From NCBI GenBank assembly GCA_002269645.1, contig NIVC01002094.1, positions 141,423-205,422 on the forward strand: a stretch of DNA of 64,000 nucleotides. The letters run 5' to 3'. This document shows positions 50,446 to 64,000 of the stretch, one piece after another. The position numbers and the translations under genes were made by a program. The notes beneath the pieces are model-generated. The model did no database searches and was not told the DNA's origin. It saw only the letters and a list, made by a program, of their open reading frames with translations. Numbering within the stretch: the first letter of the stretch is position 1; the number at the start of each line of letters is the position of its first letter. The stretch is from Macrostomum lignano. Lineage: Eukaryota.

Positions 50446-51713
50446 TTCCATGGTTCCATTATTGATTATTTAGTTCCATTATTAATTGATTGGTTCTATT
50501 GTTGATTGATTGGTTCCATTATTGAAGTATTGGTTTGATTGTTTTGCCTGCTTAAGACGGTAATTATTTAATTAACTTTTTGCATTGATACCAGTATATT
50601 TATTAAATAGTAAGTTGGTTAATTTATGGCTTGATTTTTTACTAAAGGATTGAATACGATAACATGATGTATTGATAAAAAATCGTACGTTCTGTTTATT
50701 TATTTTGGTTGTGTCTAACTTTGTATCTATAACTGTCTGATCAATTGTTTGATTTGCATCAAACGAAAATTTTATTATTATTTTAAAATTCTAATTTATT
50801 TTTTTGTGAAAAGAGTTTTATTAATATTGGCTACTCCAATTCAAAGCAACTGGATTGCAGCGGAGACTTTTGTCAGACCAACAATCAGCAACGAATAACC
50901 ATTTTGAGCAATTCATTTTTACTAGCGACTCATTTTTCGCATTCCTTCGTTTTTATATACGCAATCTGCAAACTTACTCTTGTCTCGATTTTTAATACTC
51001 TTAGTAGCATATTCGAAAATTCACGGAGAAAGCATTTTCCTAATGAATAAGGCGGATCAAATTCAAGATAAAGAATTTTATAATTTTTAGATCGCGTCTT
51101 CTGGCACATGCATGTACTTCGAATATTGTACCAGTTTTATATTTGTTGTACGAATAGGACTTTGCTTTGCATTAATTTTTTACTGTTTTAATCAGGTTGT
51201 AAAAGCTTAAAGGTTGTAACCGATCGATTTTTCATTCTATACTTTTTCCTCTACAGTCTATATACAGTCCTATATATCGAAATTATTTATATCGAAAAAA
51301 AAATTACCCTTAGAAATCTTACAAATGATAATTTTAACCCCAAGTTTTGTTATCAAAGCAAGAGAAGAGATGCTTGCAAATAGACTTGCTATTTTAATGC
51401 CGGAAATTAAAATACATTGTAATCATACTTTGACTGACAAATTATCCGCTTGATTTCTTTGTTTATTTTTATTGTTAAGAAATGAAATTTATATTGGGTG
51501 AGACTTTTAAATAGGAGAATAAAGATATTTTGTTATGATAGCACTGGTATGCGCTTATAACGAGGAAAAATTATTAAAATTTAAGGATGTTAAAGAAATT
51601 TTTGTTTAAATTAACAACTACTCTAAAAAGCCTCCACCACAGCCAAGTGGATAATTATAGTTTTCGTCAAATCGAAACAAAGCAGATTTCGATCTTCATT
51701 GAGATCAGCTGAA

Positions 51714-54700
51714 TCAAGCCTCAACACAATGACATTTATTAATGTGATACAAAGTGACGTCCATTTTGGAGCCGTCCTTGCAGTAGACAGTCTTCTTGGT
51801 AGGCTTCGGCTTGTAGCTTTCGGGTTTGCAGCACTGGCACACGCCCATCACCTTGACCTCGCCCTACAACGATTTAAAAAAGGCACAGAGTGCAAATGAA
51901 CTTATCAAAGTGAGTAAGTTGAAAGCCTACCAATTAAGCTAGAACATTTATGATCCCGTGCCATGTAACACTGGCTCACTCAGCATCGAATGTCCCGCCC
52001 CATGCACTTCCGATATCCGCTCACCTTGTCATTAACCGTCACTTGGTGGCTAGACGGGCAACCGCCGGTGCACCAGTCGACCCAAATTGGCCGCACCAGC
52101 TTGCAGGTCGGCTTTCCAGGTCTGCGCAACTCGCGCACAGGCTTTTTATCTCGATGGCAAACGCGAATGTAGGCCCTGAAGCAGCACGCCTTGGCGGAGT
52201 CCAGCACCCGGCTGACCAAATCTCCTGAACTCGCCAGCAGTTGCTGATCAGCCTGGGTGCATGGAGGCACCTCGTCGGGCGTCAACGGTCGCGATGTCAG
52301 GCGGCCGTGCAGGCAGACGGTCTTGCTGCAGTTGCCGAGGTAGTCAATGCTGGTGAATCCGTTCGGATAAGCCCTGCCGTCGGCGTCTCGACAGCCGAAA
52401 CAATCCTTTAGACTGATGCAGGCGCCCGTGGCCGAGTCGCGAACTGTGCCAGGCTTGCACTGGCAGCTTGGACGGCAGTTCGAGTCAGGCTGCTCGGCGG
52501 TGTCGGGGTTGAGCAGCTGCTGACAGGTGGTTTCGCACCTGCCCGAATCCGAATAGACGTCGTCCGGTCGGCAGCAGGCGCCCTCGTCGCCGAAACAGTC
52601 GGTGTACTTTTGAGCCGGGCCCGAGCACTCGGCACCACCGCCGCTGGCCGGCCGAGCAATGGAGCTGAAGTTGAGTTTGAATTTGAGGCACCGTCTTAGT
52701 GGTCGTTAGGTTAGTTTTATTCACAAATCTTTGACGTCGGTGAATGATGACTATTTTAGTGCTTCCCATTATTTATCCCGATGACATGTGTATTATACCA
52801 ATGTGGTTCGAACCAATATTTTTGCAGGAATCATTACAGGTAATGGAGTCAAAGGTGTTAATGATCTGTTTGTTCATAAAATACATGTGCATTTTCAGTG
52901 TTTCTGATCTACAATATTCATTTTTAAAAACTGTTTTGACTCTTTCAAACTGTATAAGTACGGTCCCTTTGAAAAGCCATACTATATTCACAGCTAAGCG
53001 CAACTCACCGCGACCACAGCTGTTTTCCAGTTCCGCAGGTGACATTGCAGCCGCCCACCTTCTTCCAGGTGGACCATTCGCAGTCCACAGAGCAGCTCTT
53101 CTCCTCGCAGACGAACCGTCCGTTGGTGCAGGTGCAGGTGTTGCAGTCCTTCGCCACCGTGGAGCCCGGCGGCATCAGCCGGCTGGAGTCGTCGGGATGA
53201 GCGCAGCTGCAGCCGTCAACGCTGACGCAGGTGTCACCTTCGCGAACTCGGTCGCCTGAGCAGCCACAGCCCTGCGTGAAATTTGATTTTCAACGTTTAA
53301 AATAAACGCTTAAATACAGATGGTCTCTCATCTAGAAATTTTAAAGCAAACTTTCGATCAGAAACGGTGCCTCTGTCAGTGACTCTGACACACGTATAAG
53401 TTTCTGATTCTTTTGAATCGTTGCAACCATTAACGGTAGCTTCTAGCGATCCCTAGGATAAAATGTCTCGACAGAAGTACATCTAATCTATATAACCAAA
53501 TTTGGCAGACTGATCCGGCAAGTAACGGAATGGACAGGTTTTTTCCGGGTTTTTACTTCTCTTTGGTGTCCGGTGAGACCACAGGAGCACCCATAAAGTA
53601 ACCTAGAGTCTGGCACCGGATCAAATCAAATGCATTGAATGAATCCCATTCGAAACGTCCCATTCAGGTGAATACTTACCAAAAGCTATAGTTAAAATTC
53701 TAAAGTGGAAATCCTATTTTCAGTATGTTCTAAAGGCTCAGAAGTCGATTTTTCTGATATCCAAACGAGCGCTTGAGAACAAAAAGTTGAGGGTCAGTCT
53801 CCGGTCCTAGTTGGCTTGGTCGGTAGCCCGACTTTTGGTGCTTAAGTCCACTGTTCTGCTTTATTCTACCTTGGGCACTGAATGTACTGGCGTCGCTAAT
53901 GTGTTTGGAATGACAGCAGATTTGCGAAATCATCGATGCTTCCATATCACCCATTTTGCCGCTTTAAATGAATCAGCTGCTCACCTGAACGCATCCCACA
54001 TCCTGGCACTCCTTGTTTTGTCGGACATCCTCGCAGGTTCGCCAGCAGCGGGTGGCACACGGGATGACTGTCTCCGGGCCGCTGCACTTGGTCTCGTTGC
54101 AGGGCATCAGGGCTGGCTTGTACTCGCGGTCGCGGCACTCTTGGCCATCGTTGGCCGAGGGCCTCAGCACCGGCCGAGTTCGAACTTGTTCGCCAACTCC
54201 ACAGCTAGGATTGTACACCGTGCCGACGCAGGGCTTGACAGTTTCGCTCCATTCCGACCACTTGCCGACTAGGCAGTCAACGGGGCACTGCCGGGTGCAG
54301 CTGACGATGTCGTAGGTGCTGGGACAGGCACGGCCGCCGTTCGCTGGGTGCTGCGTGACGCTGCGCAGTCGGAGCCGCTGGCCGACCGCGGTCGGGTTCA
54401 CGCCGTCGCACTGGGCAAAGCAGGTGCCATTAGTCCAGTCAGACACCTGCAGAGTCGGTTGTTTTATCAGAGCAGAAAAGTATTAGAGAAGGAAATGTGA
54501 CATTGTGAATTCGGACAGCCAGTCAGTTTCTAAAGTATGCCGACATGTATCAGATAGACATTACTGAGACAAGAAGAAACGCAGATTCAACTAGCAAGAC
54601 CCTGGTTTCCCTCATGCTTGTGTTCCAATAGGCTTTCTTTAAAGATGTACTTTGAAAAATACATAAAGGACACAAAATTTCCTAAACGTATTCTTGATTT

Positions 54701-57700
54701 AAACGTTCCGAAACTTGTACGCAGCAACAGCAACAGCAAACCCCGTCACCTAAACTCACGCTTTCACCAGGTACAGAGAAGTTACACAATGCCCTTTAGT
54801 GATTCTGCTGCCAAAAGAGCATATCAACCGGTCTGTGATCAGGATGCCATAACTAGTAAAGGCCCTTCTACATACATTTGTGGATCACAAGTGACAATTC
54901 TTAACTTCTGCACTGTCTTTCGTTGAGCATGCGGTATGATTTTCGGAAGCTGATCGGTACTTTAAAGAGTTTTTTATCCCACTATCTCGCAAATTATTTT
55001 ATCTTTCCCAGCTGTACAAACCTGACAGTCAACTGGCAGTCGGCAGTCCTGCTGATTGCACGGCTGCTGGTCCGTGTCGAGGCGGCCGCTCTCGTCAGGC
55101 GCACAGTTCCTCGTGTCGTTGACGCACAAGCGAACGCAGATGCGGCTGCGTCGTCGCGTTCCTGTGCCGCACGGCGCGCTGCAGCCGGAGAAGTCCGACC
55201 ATTCCGACCAGCTGGGAGGCGGGATCTCCGAGCTCATCTGACCGGGCAGGCACACTCGCTGGTGGGTGTAGAAGCTGCAGTAGCAAACGCCGCAGCCAGT
55301 GTCCGACGGCATGGTCTCTCCGGGCGACACCAGGTTGCCGAATCTGTCTACGCAGCCCGGACAGCGCTGCGCGTTGCACGGCTCCGAGTCGACAGCGGAA
55401 CCAACGCAGGCCCTGCCCGAACCGCGGCGTTGCGTCGCAATCGATCTGGTGCGCGTCCGGCTACCGCCATCACAGGGCCGGCTGCAGGGACCCCAGTCCG
55501 ACCAGGGGCCCCAGCTGCAGTCGCAGTTCGCGGTGGGCGCACACGTTGCAATCCCGTTCAGGCAGCGGGCCTGGGAGCAGGGGCCGCAGCGCATTGCCGT
55601 GAGGTCGCACGTGCATTGATCAGGCTTGACGCACACGCCGGTTGATTCATCGAAGACCAATCCGGAGTCGCAGAAGCAACCCGTGCTGCAGGTAGTCACA
55701 TCTGTGCAGGTCTCATTTGTCACGTGGCCGCACGTGTAAGGACACGAAGTGCTGCTGCATTGTCGGACAACCTTGCCACCCGAGCAAGCTGCCGAGGTCG
55801 TGGTGGAACCGCACGGATGCACATTGCATAGGGCGCTCGAAGTGCTGGCGTCGTCCTTCAGGCAAGCTCCAGAAGATTTGCGGGAACGCGTTTTGATACC
55901 TCCATTACAGGACTGGGAGCACTCGGACCACGCAGACCACAAACTCCAAATGCAAGGACAGTCATGAGTGTTGCAAAGTTCTGAATCCTGAAAAAGGTGA
56001 ATAACGTATAATGCAAACACAATACGCTCTTATTAGGAAACTAAAACACTTTAAACAAAGTAACAAAACCACAGCTTTACCGTAAACTCATTTGCACTGC
56101 AAGAAGCACCTCCAGGTTTTGCAGGAGACGCTACAGTGCGATTCCGAAAACGTAGTCCAGATCCACAGCTGGCTGAACAAGCACTCCATGACTGCCATTG
56201 ACTCCATTGACAGTTCTGACTGCAGTTCGATATTGCACAACGAAGTGCGCCATTATCGCAGTTGCAGTGACCACAAGAAAAAAGCACGCTAACACCAGAC
56301 TCTAAAATATCACCGTCGCTGACTTTCTCAGAAGGCGAAGTCAATCCCTCCGATCCATCCAGCTCAACCCAAACGTCAGAAGGATGCACACCGGTCTGTT
56401 GCACAACTTCACCAGCTGAGAACTGACACTCGCAGTCGCCACGAGATAGACACGGAGGAGGCGTAGCTACAAAACGAAAAAAATAAAGTAAAAACAATCA
56501 AAAAACCCTCAAACCACACTATGAAAAATTGCGAACACATACTTGGCTCAACAATTATGCAGGTTGCAGTAGCCGTCGCCACAACGCTTGGCGTAGTCGT
56601 TGCCGAAGTTGTTGACACTGTCGTACTACTAGAATTGGGAGTAGTAGTGGTGTTCGCTGTTGTTGTTGTTGTGCTGGGCGTTGTTGTTGTCGGCGTAGTT
56701 GTAGTTGTGCTCGGTGTCGTGGTAGTTGATGTTGTTGTTGTGCTCGTTGTGCTTCTCGGTGTTGTTGTCAGCTTTGTGAAGCAGCCTAGCATGCTGACTT
56801 GAATCGGGATCCTGTTACCGCCCTCGTTTTTGAAATTAAAAACCAGAGCGATTCGATAAGCTTCCAAGCCCAATCCACCAACAGAGGCGCACGAGATGAA
56901 GTCGAACATGCAGGTGGCTACTTCAGCGGCACCGACAGCCAGTTTGACTGAAGTGAATGGAGACACCGCGTCTGTTGCATACTTTAGCTCCATTGACGTA
57001 ATGAATCCTGGACTTGTCGTTGAAATCGATATTAGTCCGATGATCGAGTTACTAAGATCGTCTCCGCTGACGTTGAAATCGAACTGAATGCTATCCGTTG
57101 CTGTCGACGGTGTTGCCACACGGTTTATATTCAGTCCTGTGCTAGTCGGACGCAGCAGGTCGTACTCGGACGTCGGAATCAGTCCAACGCCCTGAGTGGA
57201 GGCGCTCACCGTGATGTCGCTCACACTTATTATGCTGCTGTCGGCCATGAGATTTGTGTCAAGACAACGAGTGAAGCTTGTAGTCGACTTGCTCTTCACG
57301 CCTTCTGTAGTGGTAGACGTGCTAGATGTCGTCGTTGTCGTTGTCGGCGTAGTCGTGGTCGACGTCGTCGTCGGAGTTGTTGTAGTAGTAGGCGTTGTCG
57401 TAGTAGTGGTAGGCGTTGTCGTAGTAGTCGTCGGCGTTGTCGTAGTAGTCGTCGGCGTTGTCGTAGTAGTGGTAGGCGTTGTCGTAGTAGTCGTAGGCGT
57501 TGTTGTTGTTGTGGTAGGCGTTGTCGTAGTAGTCGTAGGCGTTGTTGTTGTTGTGGTGGTGGTTTGTGTCGTCTTTTGTGGGAAGCAGCCATATATTCCG
57601 ATCTGTATGTCAACAGAATTCCGATCGGTCACTGAATTGTAGAAAATCTCAAATCGCATCACCGTCGAGTTGATGGTCGAAGGCGTCGGCGGGATGCAGG

Positions 57701-60700
57701 CAAGCAGATTTGACTTGCACGCGGTGAGGTTCGCGCCAGAGAAGAAGTAAGTGTCCCAGGTGACTTGCGTGTACGTCTGCTTATTGTACAACCGCACAGC
57801 CTGAATGTCAGGAGTGTTGAAAGCGAGCTGGATCCGACCGACAATGGTGGCTTCTGGACTGCCTGCAGACGTTTCAATTTCAATCAGGATGTTCTCGTTC
57901 GGATTGGCAAACGACGAAGGCGTCGGTCTGTTTAGGTTGAATGGAACAGGCGAAGACAGACGCAAGTAGTTCAACTCAGAGGTGGCGTAACCGCCAAGCT
58001 GGGTTCCGTTGAGGATGCGCATTGCTGATAACGGAATCACGGTCTCGTCAGCCAGACCATCAAAATCAATGCAAATTCCAGGTTGAGTAGTTGTTGCCGT
58101 CGTCGTTGTCGTTGTCGTTGTCCTAGGAGTAGTAGTGGTGCTCGCTGTTGTTGTTGTTGTTGTGCTGGGCGTTGTTGTTGTCGGCGTAGTTGTAGTTGTG
58201 CTCGGTGTCGTGGTAGTTGATGTTGTTGTTGTGCTCGTTGTGCTTCTCGGTGTTGTTGTCAGCTTTGTGAAGCAGCCTAGCATGCTGACTTGAATCGGGA
58301 TCCTGTTACCGCCCTCGTTTTTGAAATTAAAAACCAGAGCGATTCGATAAGCTTCCAAGCCCAATCCACCAACAGAGGCGCACGAGATGAAGTCGAACAT
58401 GCAGGTGGCTACTTCAGCGGCACCGACAGCCAGTTTGACTGAAGTGAATGGAGACACCGCGTCTGTTGCATACTTTAGCTCCATTGACGTAATGAATCCT
58501 GGACTTGTCGTTGAAATCGATATTAGTCCGATGATCGAGTTACTAAGATCGTCTCCGCTGACGTTGAAATCGAACTGAATGCTATCCGTTGCTGTCGACG
58601 GTGTTGCCACACGGTTTATATTCAGTCCTGTGCTAGTCGGACGCAGCAGGTCGTACTCGGACGTCGGAATCAGTCCAACGCCCTGAGTGGAGGCGCTCAC
58701 CGTGATGTCGCTCACACTTATTATGCTGCTGTCGGCCATGAGATTTGTGTCAAGACAACGAGTGAAGCTTGTAGTCGACTTGCTCTTCACGCCTTCTGTA
58801 GTGGTAGACGTGCTAGATGTCGTCGTTGTCGTTGTCGGCGTAGTCGTGGTCGACGTCGTCGTCGGAGTTGTTGTAGTAGTAGGCGTTGTCGTAGTAGTGG
58901 TAGGCGTTGTCGTAGTAGTCGTCGGCGTTGTCGTAGTAGTCGTCGGCGTTGTCGTAGTAGTGGTAGGCGTTGTCGTAGTAGTCGTAGGCGTTGTTGTTGT
59001 TGTGGTAGGCGTTGTCGTAGTAGTCGTAGGCGTTGTTGTTGTTGTGGTGGTGGTTTGTGTCGTCTTTTGTGGGAAGCAGCCATATATTCCGATCTGTATG
59101 TCAACAGAATTCCGATCGGTCACTGAATTGTAGAAAATCTCAAATCGCATCACCGTCGAGTTGATGGTCGAAGGCGTCGGCGGGATGCAGGCAAGCAGAT
59201 TTGACTTGCACGCGGTGAGGTTCGCGCCAGAGAAGAAGTAAGTGTCCCAGGTGACTTGCGTGTACGTCTGCTTATTGTACAACCGCACAGCCTGAATGTC
59301 AGGAGTGTTGAAAGCGAGCTGGATCCGACCGACAATGGTGGCTTCTGGACTGCCTGCAGACGTTTCAATTTCAATCAGGATGTTCTCGTTCGGATTGGCA
59401 AACGACGAAGGCGTCGGTCTGTTTAGGTTGAATGGAACAGGCGAAGACAGACGCAAGTAGTTCAACTCAGAGGTGGCGTAACCGCCAAGCTGGGTTCCGT
59501 TGAGGATGCGCATTGCTGATAACGGAATCACGGTCTCGTCAGCCAGACCATCAAAATCAATGCAAATTCCAGGTTGAGTAGTTGTTGCCGTCGTCGTTGT
59601 CGTTGTCGTTGTCCTAGGAGTAGTAGTGGTGCTCGCTGTTGTTGTTGTTGTTGTGCTGGGCGTTGTTGTTGTCGGCGTAGTTGTAGTTGTGCTCGGTGTC
59701 GTGGTAGTTGATGTTGTTGTTGTGCTCGTTGTGCTTCTCGGTGTTGTTGTCAGCTTTGTGAAGCAGCCTAGCATGCTGACTTGAATCGGGATCCTGTTAC
59801 CGCCCTCGTTTTTGAAATTAAAAACCAGAGCGATTCGATAAGCTTCCAAGCCCAATCCACCAACAGAGGCGCACGAGATGAAGTCGAACATGCAGGTGGC
59901 TACTTCAGCGGCACCGACAGCCAGTTTGACTGAAGTGAATGGAGACACCGCGTCTGTTGCATACTTTAGCTCCATTGACGTAATGAATCCTGGACTTGTC
60001 GTTGAAATCGATATTAGTCCGATGATCGAGTTACTAAGATCGTCTCCGCTGACGTTGAAATCGAACTGAATGCTATCCGTTGCTGTCGACGGTGTTGCCA
60101 CACGGTTTATATTCAGTCCTGTGCTAGTCGGACGCAGCAGGTCGTACTCGGACGTCGGAATCAGTCCAACGCCCTGAGTGGAGGCGCTCACCGTGATGTC
60201 GCTCACACTTATTATGCTGCTGTCGGCCATGAGATTTGTGTCAAGACAACGAGTGAAGCTTGTAGTCGACTTGCTCTTCACGCCTTCTGTAGTGGTAGAC
60301 GTGCTAGATGTCGTCGTTGTCGTTGTCGGCGTAGTCGTGGTCGACGTCGTCGTCGGAGTTGTTGTGTAGTAGTAGGCGTTGTCGTAGTAGTGGTAGGCGT
60401 TGTCGTAGTAGTCGTCGGCGTTGTCGTAGTAGTCGTCGGCGTTGTCGTAGTAGTGGTAGGCGTTGTCGTAGTAGTCGTAGGCGTTGTTGTTGTTGTGGTA
60501 GGCGTTGTCGTAGTAGTCGTAGGCGTTGTTGTTGTTGTGGTGGTTTGTGTCGTCTTTTGTGGGAAGCAGCCATATATTCCGATCTGTATGTCAACAGAAT
60601 TCCGATCGGTCACTGAATTGTAGAAAATCTCAAATCGCATCACCGTCGAGTTGATGGTCGAAGGCGTCGGCGGGATGCAGGCAAGCAGATTTGACTTGCA

Positions 60701-63700
60701 CGCGGTGAGGTTCGCGCCAGAAGAAGTAAGTGTCCCAGGTGACTTGCGTGTACGTCTGCTTATTGTACAACCGCACAGCCTGAATGTCAGGAGTGTTGAA
60801 AGCGAGCTGGATCCGACCGACAATGGTGGCTTCTGGACTGCCTGCAGACGTTTCAATTTCAATCAGGATGTTCTCGTTCGGATTGGCAAACGACGAAGGC
60901 GTCGGTCTGTTTAGGTTGAATGGAACAGGCGAAGACAGACGCAAGTAGTTCAACTCAGAGGTGGCGTAACCGCCAAGCTGGGTTCCGTTGAGGATGCGCA
61001 TTGCTGATAACGGAATCACGGTCTCGTCAGCCAGACCATCAAAATCAATGCAAATTCCAGGTTGAGTAGTTGTTGCCGTCGTCGTTGTCGTTGTCGTTGT
61101 CCTAGGAGTAGTAGTGGTGCTCGCTGTTGTTGTTGTTGTTGTGCTGGGCGTTGTTGTTGTCGGCGTAGTTGTAGTTGTGCTCGGTGTCGTGGTAGTTGAT
61201 GTTGTTGTTGTGCTCGTTGTGCTTCTCGGTGTTGTTGTCAGCTTTGTGAAGCAGCCTAGCATGCTGACTTGAATCGGGATCCTGTTACCGCCCTCGTTTT
61301 TGAAATTAAAAACCAAGCGATTCGATAAGCTTCCAAGCCCAATCCACCAACAGAGGCGCACGAGATGAAGTCGAACATGCAGGTGGCTACTTCAGGCACC
61401 GACAGCCAGTTTGACTGAAGTGAATGGAGACACCGCGTCTGTTGCATACTTTAGCTCCATTGACGTAATGAATCCTGGACTTGTCGTTGAAATCGATATT
61501 AGTCCGATGATCGAGTTACTAAGATCGTCTCCGCTGACGTTGAAATCGAACTGAATGCTATCCGTTGCTGTCGACGGTGTTGCCACACGGTTTATATTCA
61601 GTCCTGTGCTAGTCGACGCAGCAGGTCGTACTCAGACGTCGGAATCAGTCCAACGCCCTGAGTGGAGGCGCTCACCGTGATGTCGCTCACACTTATTATG
61701 CTGCTGTCGGCCATGAGATTTGTGTCAAGACAACGAGTGAAGCTTGTAGTCGACTTGCTCTTCACGCCTTCTGTAGTGTAGACGTGCTAGATGTCGTCGT
61801 TGTCGTTGTCGGCGTAGTCGTGGTCGACGTCGACGTCGTCGGAGTTGTTGTAGTAGTAGGCGTTGTCGTAGTAGTGGTAGCGTTGTCGTAGTTAGTCGTC
61901 GGCGTTGTCGTAGTAGTCGTCGTCGGCGTTGTCGTAGTAGTGGTAGGCGTTGTCGTAGTAGTCGTAGGCGTTGTGTTGTTGTGGTAGGCGTTGTCGTAGT
62001 AGTCGTAGGCGTTGTTGTTGTTGTGGTGGTGGTTTGTGTCGTCTTTTGTGGGAAGCAGCCATATATTCCGATCTGTATGTCAACAGAATTCCGATCGGTC
62101 ACTGAATTGTAGAAAATCTCAAATCGCATCACCGTCGAGTTGATGGTCGAAGGCGTCGGCGGGATGCAGGCAAGCAGATTTGACTTGCACGCGGTGAGGT
62201 TCGCGCCAGAGAAGAAGTAAGTGTCCCAGGTGACTTGCGTGTACGTCTGCTTATTGTACAACCGCACAGCCTGAATGTCAGGAGTGTTGAAAGCGAGCTG
62301 GATCCGACCGACAATGGTGGCTTCTGGACTGCCTGCAGACGTTTCAATTTCAATCAGGATGTTCTCGTTCGGATTGGCAAACGACGAAGGCGTCGGTCTG
62401 TTTAGGTTGAATGGAACAGGCGAAGACAGACGCAAGTAGTTCAACTCAGAGGTGGCGTAACCGCCAAGCTGGGTTCCGTTGAGGATGCGCATTGCTGATA
62501 ACGGAATCACGGTCTCGTCAGCCAGACCATCAAAATCAATGCAAATTCCAGGTTGAGTAGTTGTTGCCGTCGTCGTTGTCGTTGTCGTTGTCCTAGGAGT
62601 AGTAGTGGTGCTCGCTGTTGTTGTTGTTGTTGTGCTGGGCGTTGTTGTTGTCGGCGTAGTTGTAGTTGTGCGGTGTCGTGGTAGTTGATGTTGTTGTTGT
62701 GCTCGTTGTGCTTCTCGGTGTTGTTGTCAGCTTTGTGAAGCAGCCTAGCATGCTGACTTGAATCGGGATCCTGTTACCGCCCTCGTTTTTGAAATTAAAA
62801 ACCAGAGCGATTCGATAAGCTTCCAAGCCCAATCCACCAACAGAGGCGCACGAGATGAAGTCGAACATGCAGGTGGCTACTTCAGCGGCACCGACAGCCA
62901 GTTTGACTGAAGTGAATGGAGACACCGCGTCTGTTGCATACTTTAGCTCCATTGACGTAATGAATCCTGGACTTGTCGTTGAAATCGATATTAGTCCGAT
63001 GATCGAGTTACTAAGATCGTCTCCGCTGACGTTGAAATCGAACTGAATGCTATCCGTTGCTGTCGACGGTGTTGCCACACGGTTTATATTCAGTCCTGTG
63101 CTAGTCGGACGCAGCAGGTCGTACTCGGACGTCGGAATCAGTCCAACGCCCTGAGTGGAGGCGCTCACCGTGATGTCGCTCACACTTATTATGCTGCTGT
63201 CGGCCATGAGATTTGTGTCAAGACAACGAGTGAAGCTTGTAGTCGACTTGCTCTTCACGCCTTCTGTAGTGGTAGACGTGCTAGATGTCGTCGTTGTCGT
63301 TGTCGGCGTAGTCGTGGTCGACGTCGTCGTCGGAGTTGTTGTAGTAGTAGGCGTTGTCGTAGTAGTGGTAGGCGTTGTCGTAGTAGTCGTCGGCGTTGTC
63401 GTAGTAGTCGTCGGCGTTGTCGTAGTAGTGGTAGGCGTTGTCGTAGTAGTCGTAGGCGTTGTTGTTGTTGTGGTAGGCGTTGTCGTAGTAGTCGTAGGCG
63501 TTGTTGTTGTGGTGTGTGGTTTGTGTCGTCTTTTGTGGGAAGCAGCCATATATTCCGATCTGTATGTCAACAGAATTCCGATCGGTCACTGAATTGTAGA
63601 AAATCTCAAATCGCATCACCGTCGAGTTGATGGTCGAAGGCGTCGGCGGGATGCAGGCAAGCAGATTTGACTTGCACGCGGTGAGGTTCGCGCCAGAGAA

Positions 63701-64000
63701 GAAGTAAGTGTCCCAGGTGACTTGCGTGTACGTCTGCTTATTGTACAACCGCACAGCCTGAATGTCAGGAGTGTTGAAAGCGAGCTGGATCCGACCGACA
63801 ATGGTGGCTTCTGGACTGCCTGCAGACGTTTCAATTTCAATCAGGATGTTCTCGTTCGGATTGGCAAACGACGAAGGCGTCGGTCTGTTTAGGTTGAATG
63901 GAACAGGCGAAGACAGACGCAAGTAGTTCAACTCAGAGGTGGCGTAACCGCCAAGCTGGGTTCCGTTGAGGATGCGCATTGCTGATAACGGAATCACGGT
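51714..64000 (-). CDS. SCO-spondin/mucin-like giant secreted glycoprotein, 3' portion (discoidin-like/Thr-rich repeats, TSP1, TIL, VWC-like, C-terminal cystine knot)
   Basis: Exons >64000-56543, 56466-56081, 55987-55022, 54446-53985, 53271-53009, 52664-52025, 51863-51714, frame-consistent. Multiple WSxWSxCSxSCG..R.R TSP1 repeats, TIL-type C-rich modules, and a CTCK end (WCTGGCPS...CQCCKP...VYCKDG...INKCHC). Confidence 0.88.
56766..64000 (-). repeat. 1491-bp coding tandem repeat (497 aa; ~4.9 units in window)
   Basis: Anchor AAGCAGCCTAGCATGCTGACTTG recurs at ~56779, 58270, 59761, 61249, 62738 (spacing 1491, 1491, 1488, 1489). Confidence 0.97.

Noticed and set aside
57196-63592. Plus-strand Val-rich ORFs
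   Set aside because: They are antisense shadows of the Thr-rich coding tracts.
60360-63600. Frameshifts in the upstream 1491-bp units suggesting pseudogenisation or programmed frameshifting
   Set aside because: Scattered 1-2-nt indels in otherwise near-identical copies are typical of unpolished long-read consensus in repeats; raw reads or cDNA would be needed before treating them as real.

Overview
Eukaryotic genomic DNA with GC-rich exons in AT-rich flanks. It is most likely a free-living flatworm of the Macrostomum type, inferred from gene content and intron style and not verified. In order: (1) four tandem, intronless, minus-strand sulfotransferase (Sulfotransfer_4-like) paralogs, the first cut by the window edge; (2) a complete 3-exon NDUFV1; (3) a complete 6-exon PLAT+lipoxygenase gene whose iron-ligand motifs look degenerate; (4) a defective P-superfamily (THAP) transposon with TIRs and a perfect 8-bp TSD, among AT-rich inverted repeats; (5) a candidate GPI-anchored Ly6/three-finger gene, whose ~40-nt intron was inflated by a 2.56-kb TIR element, lying head-to-head with (6) an 8-exon non-alpha nAChR-type Cys-loop subunit bearing the anion-type Pro-Ala motif; (7) the 3' part of a giant SCO-spondin/mucin-like gene (TSP1, TIL, VWC-like, cystine knot) with near-identical 1491-bp coding repeats of two degenerate discoidin domains plus Thr-rich linkers. 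Almost every long intron of genes 2, 3 and 6 holds its own minisatellite, several sharing short cores, and one 59-bp array is visibly amplified from the stop-codon region of a sulfotransferase gene. Exon coordinates were read by hand from GT/AG signals and frame continuity, so they may be off by a few bases.
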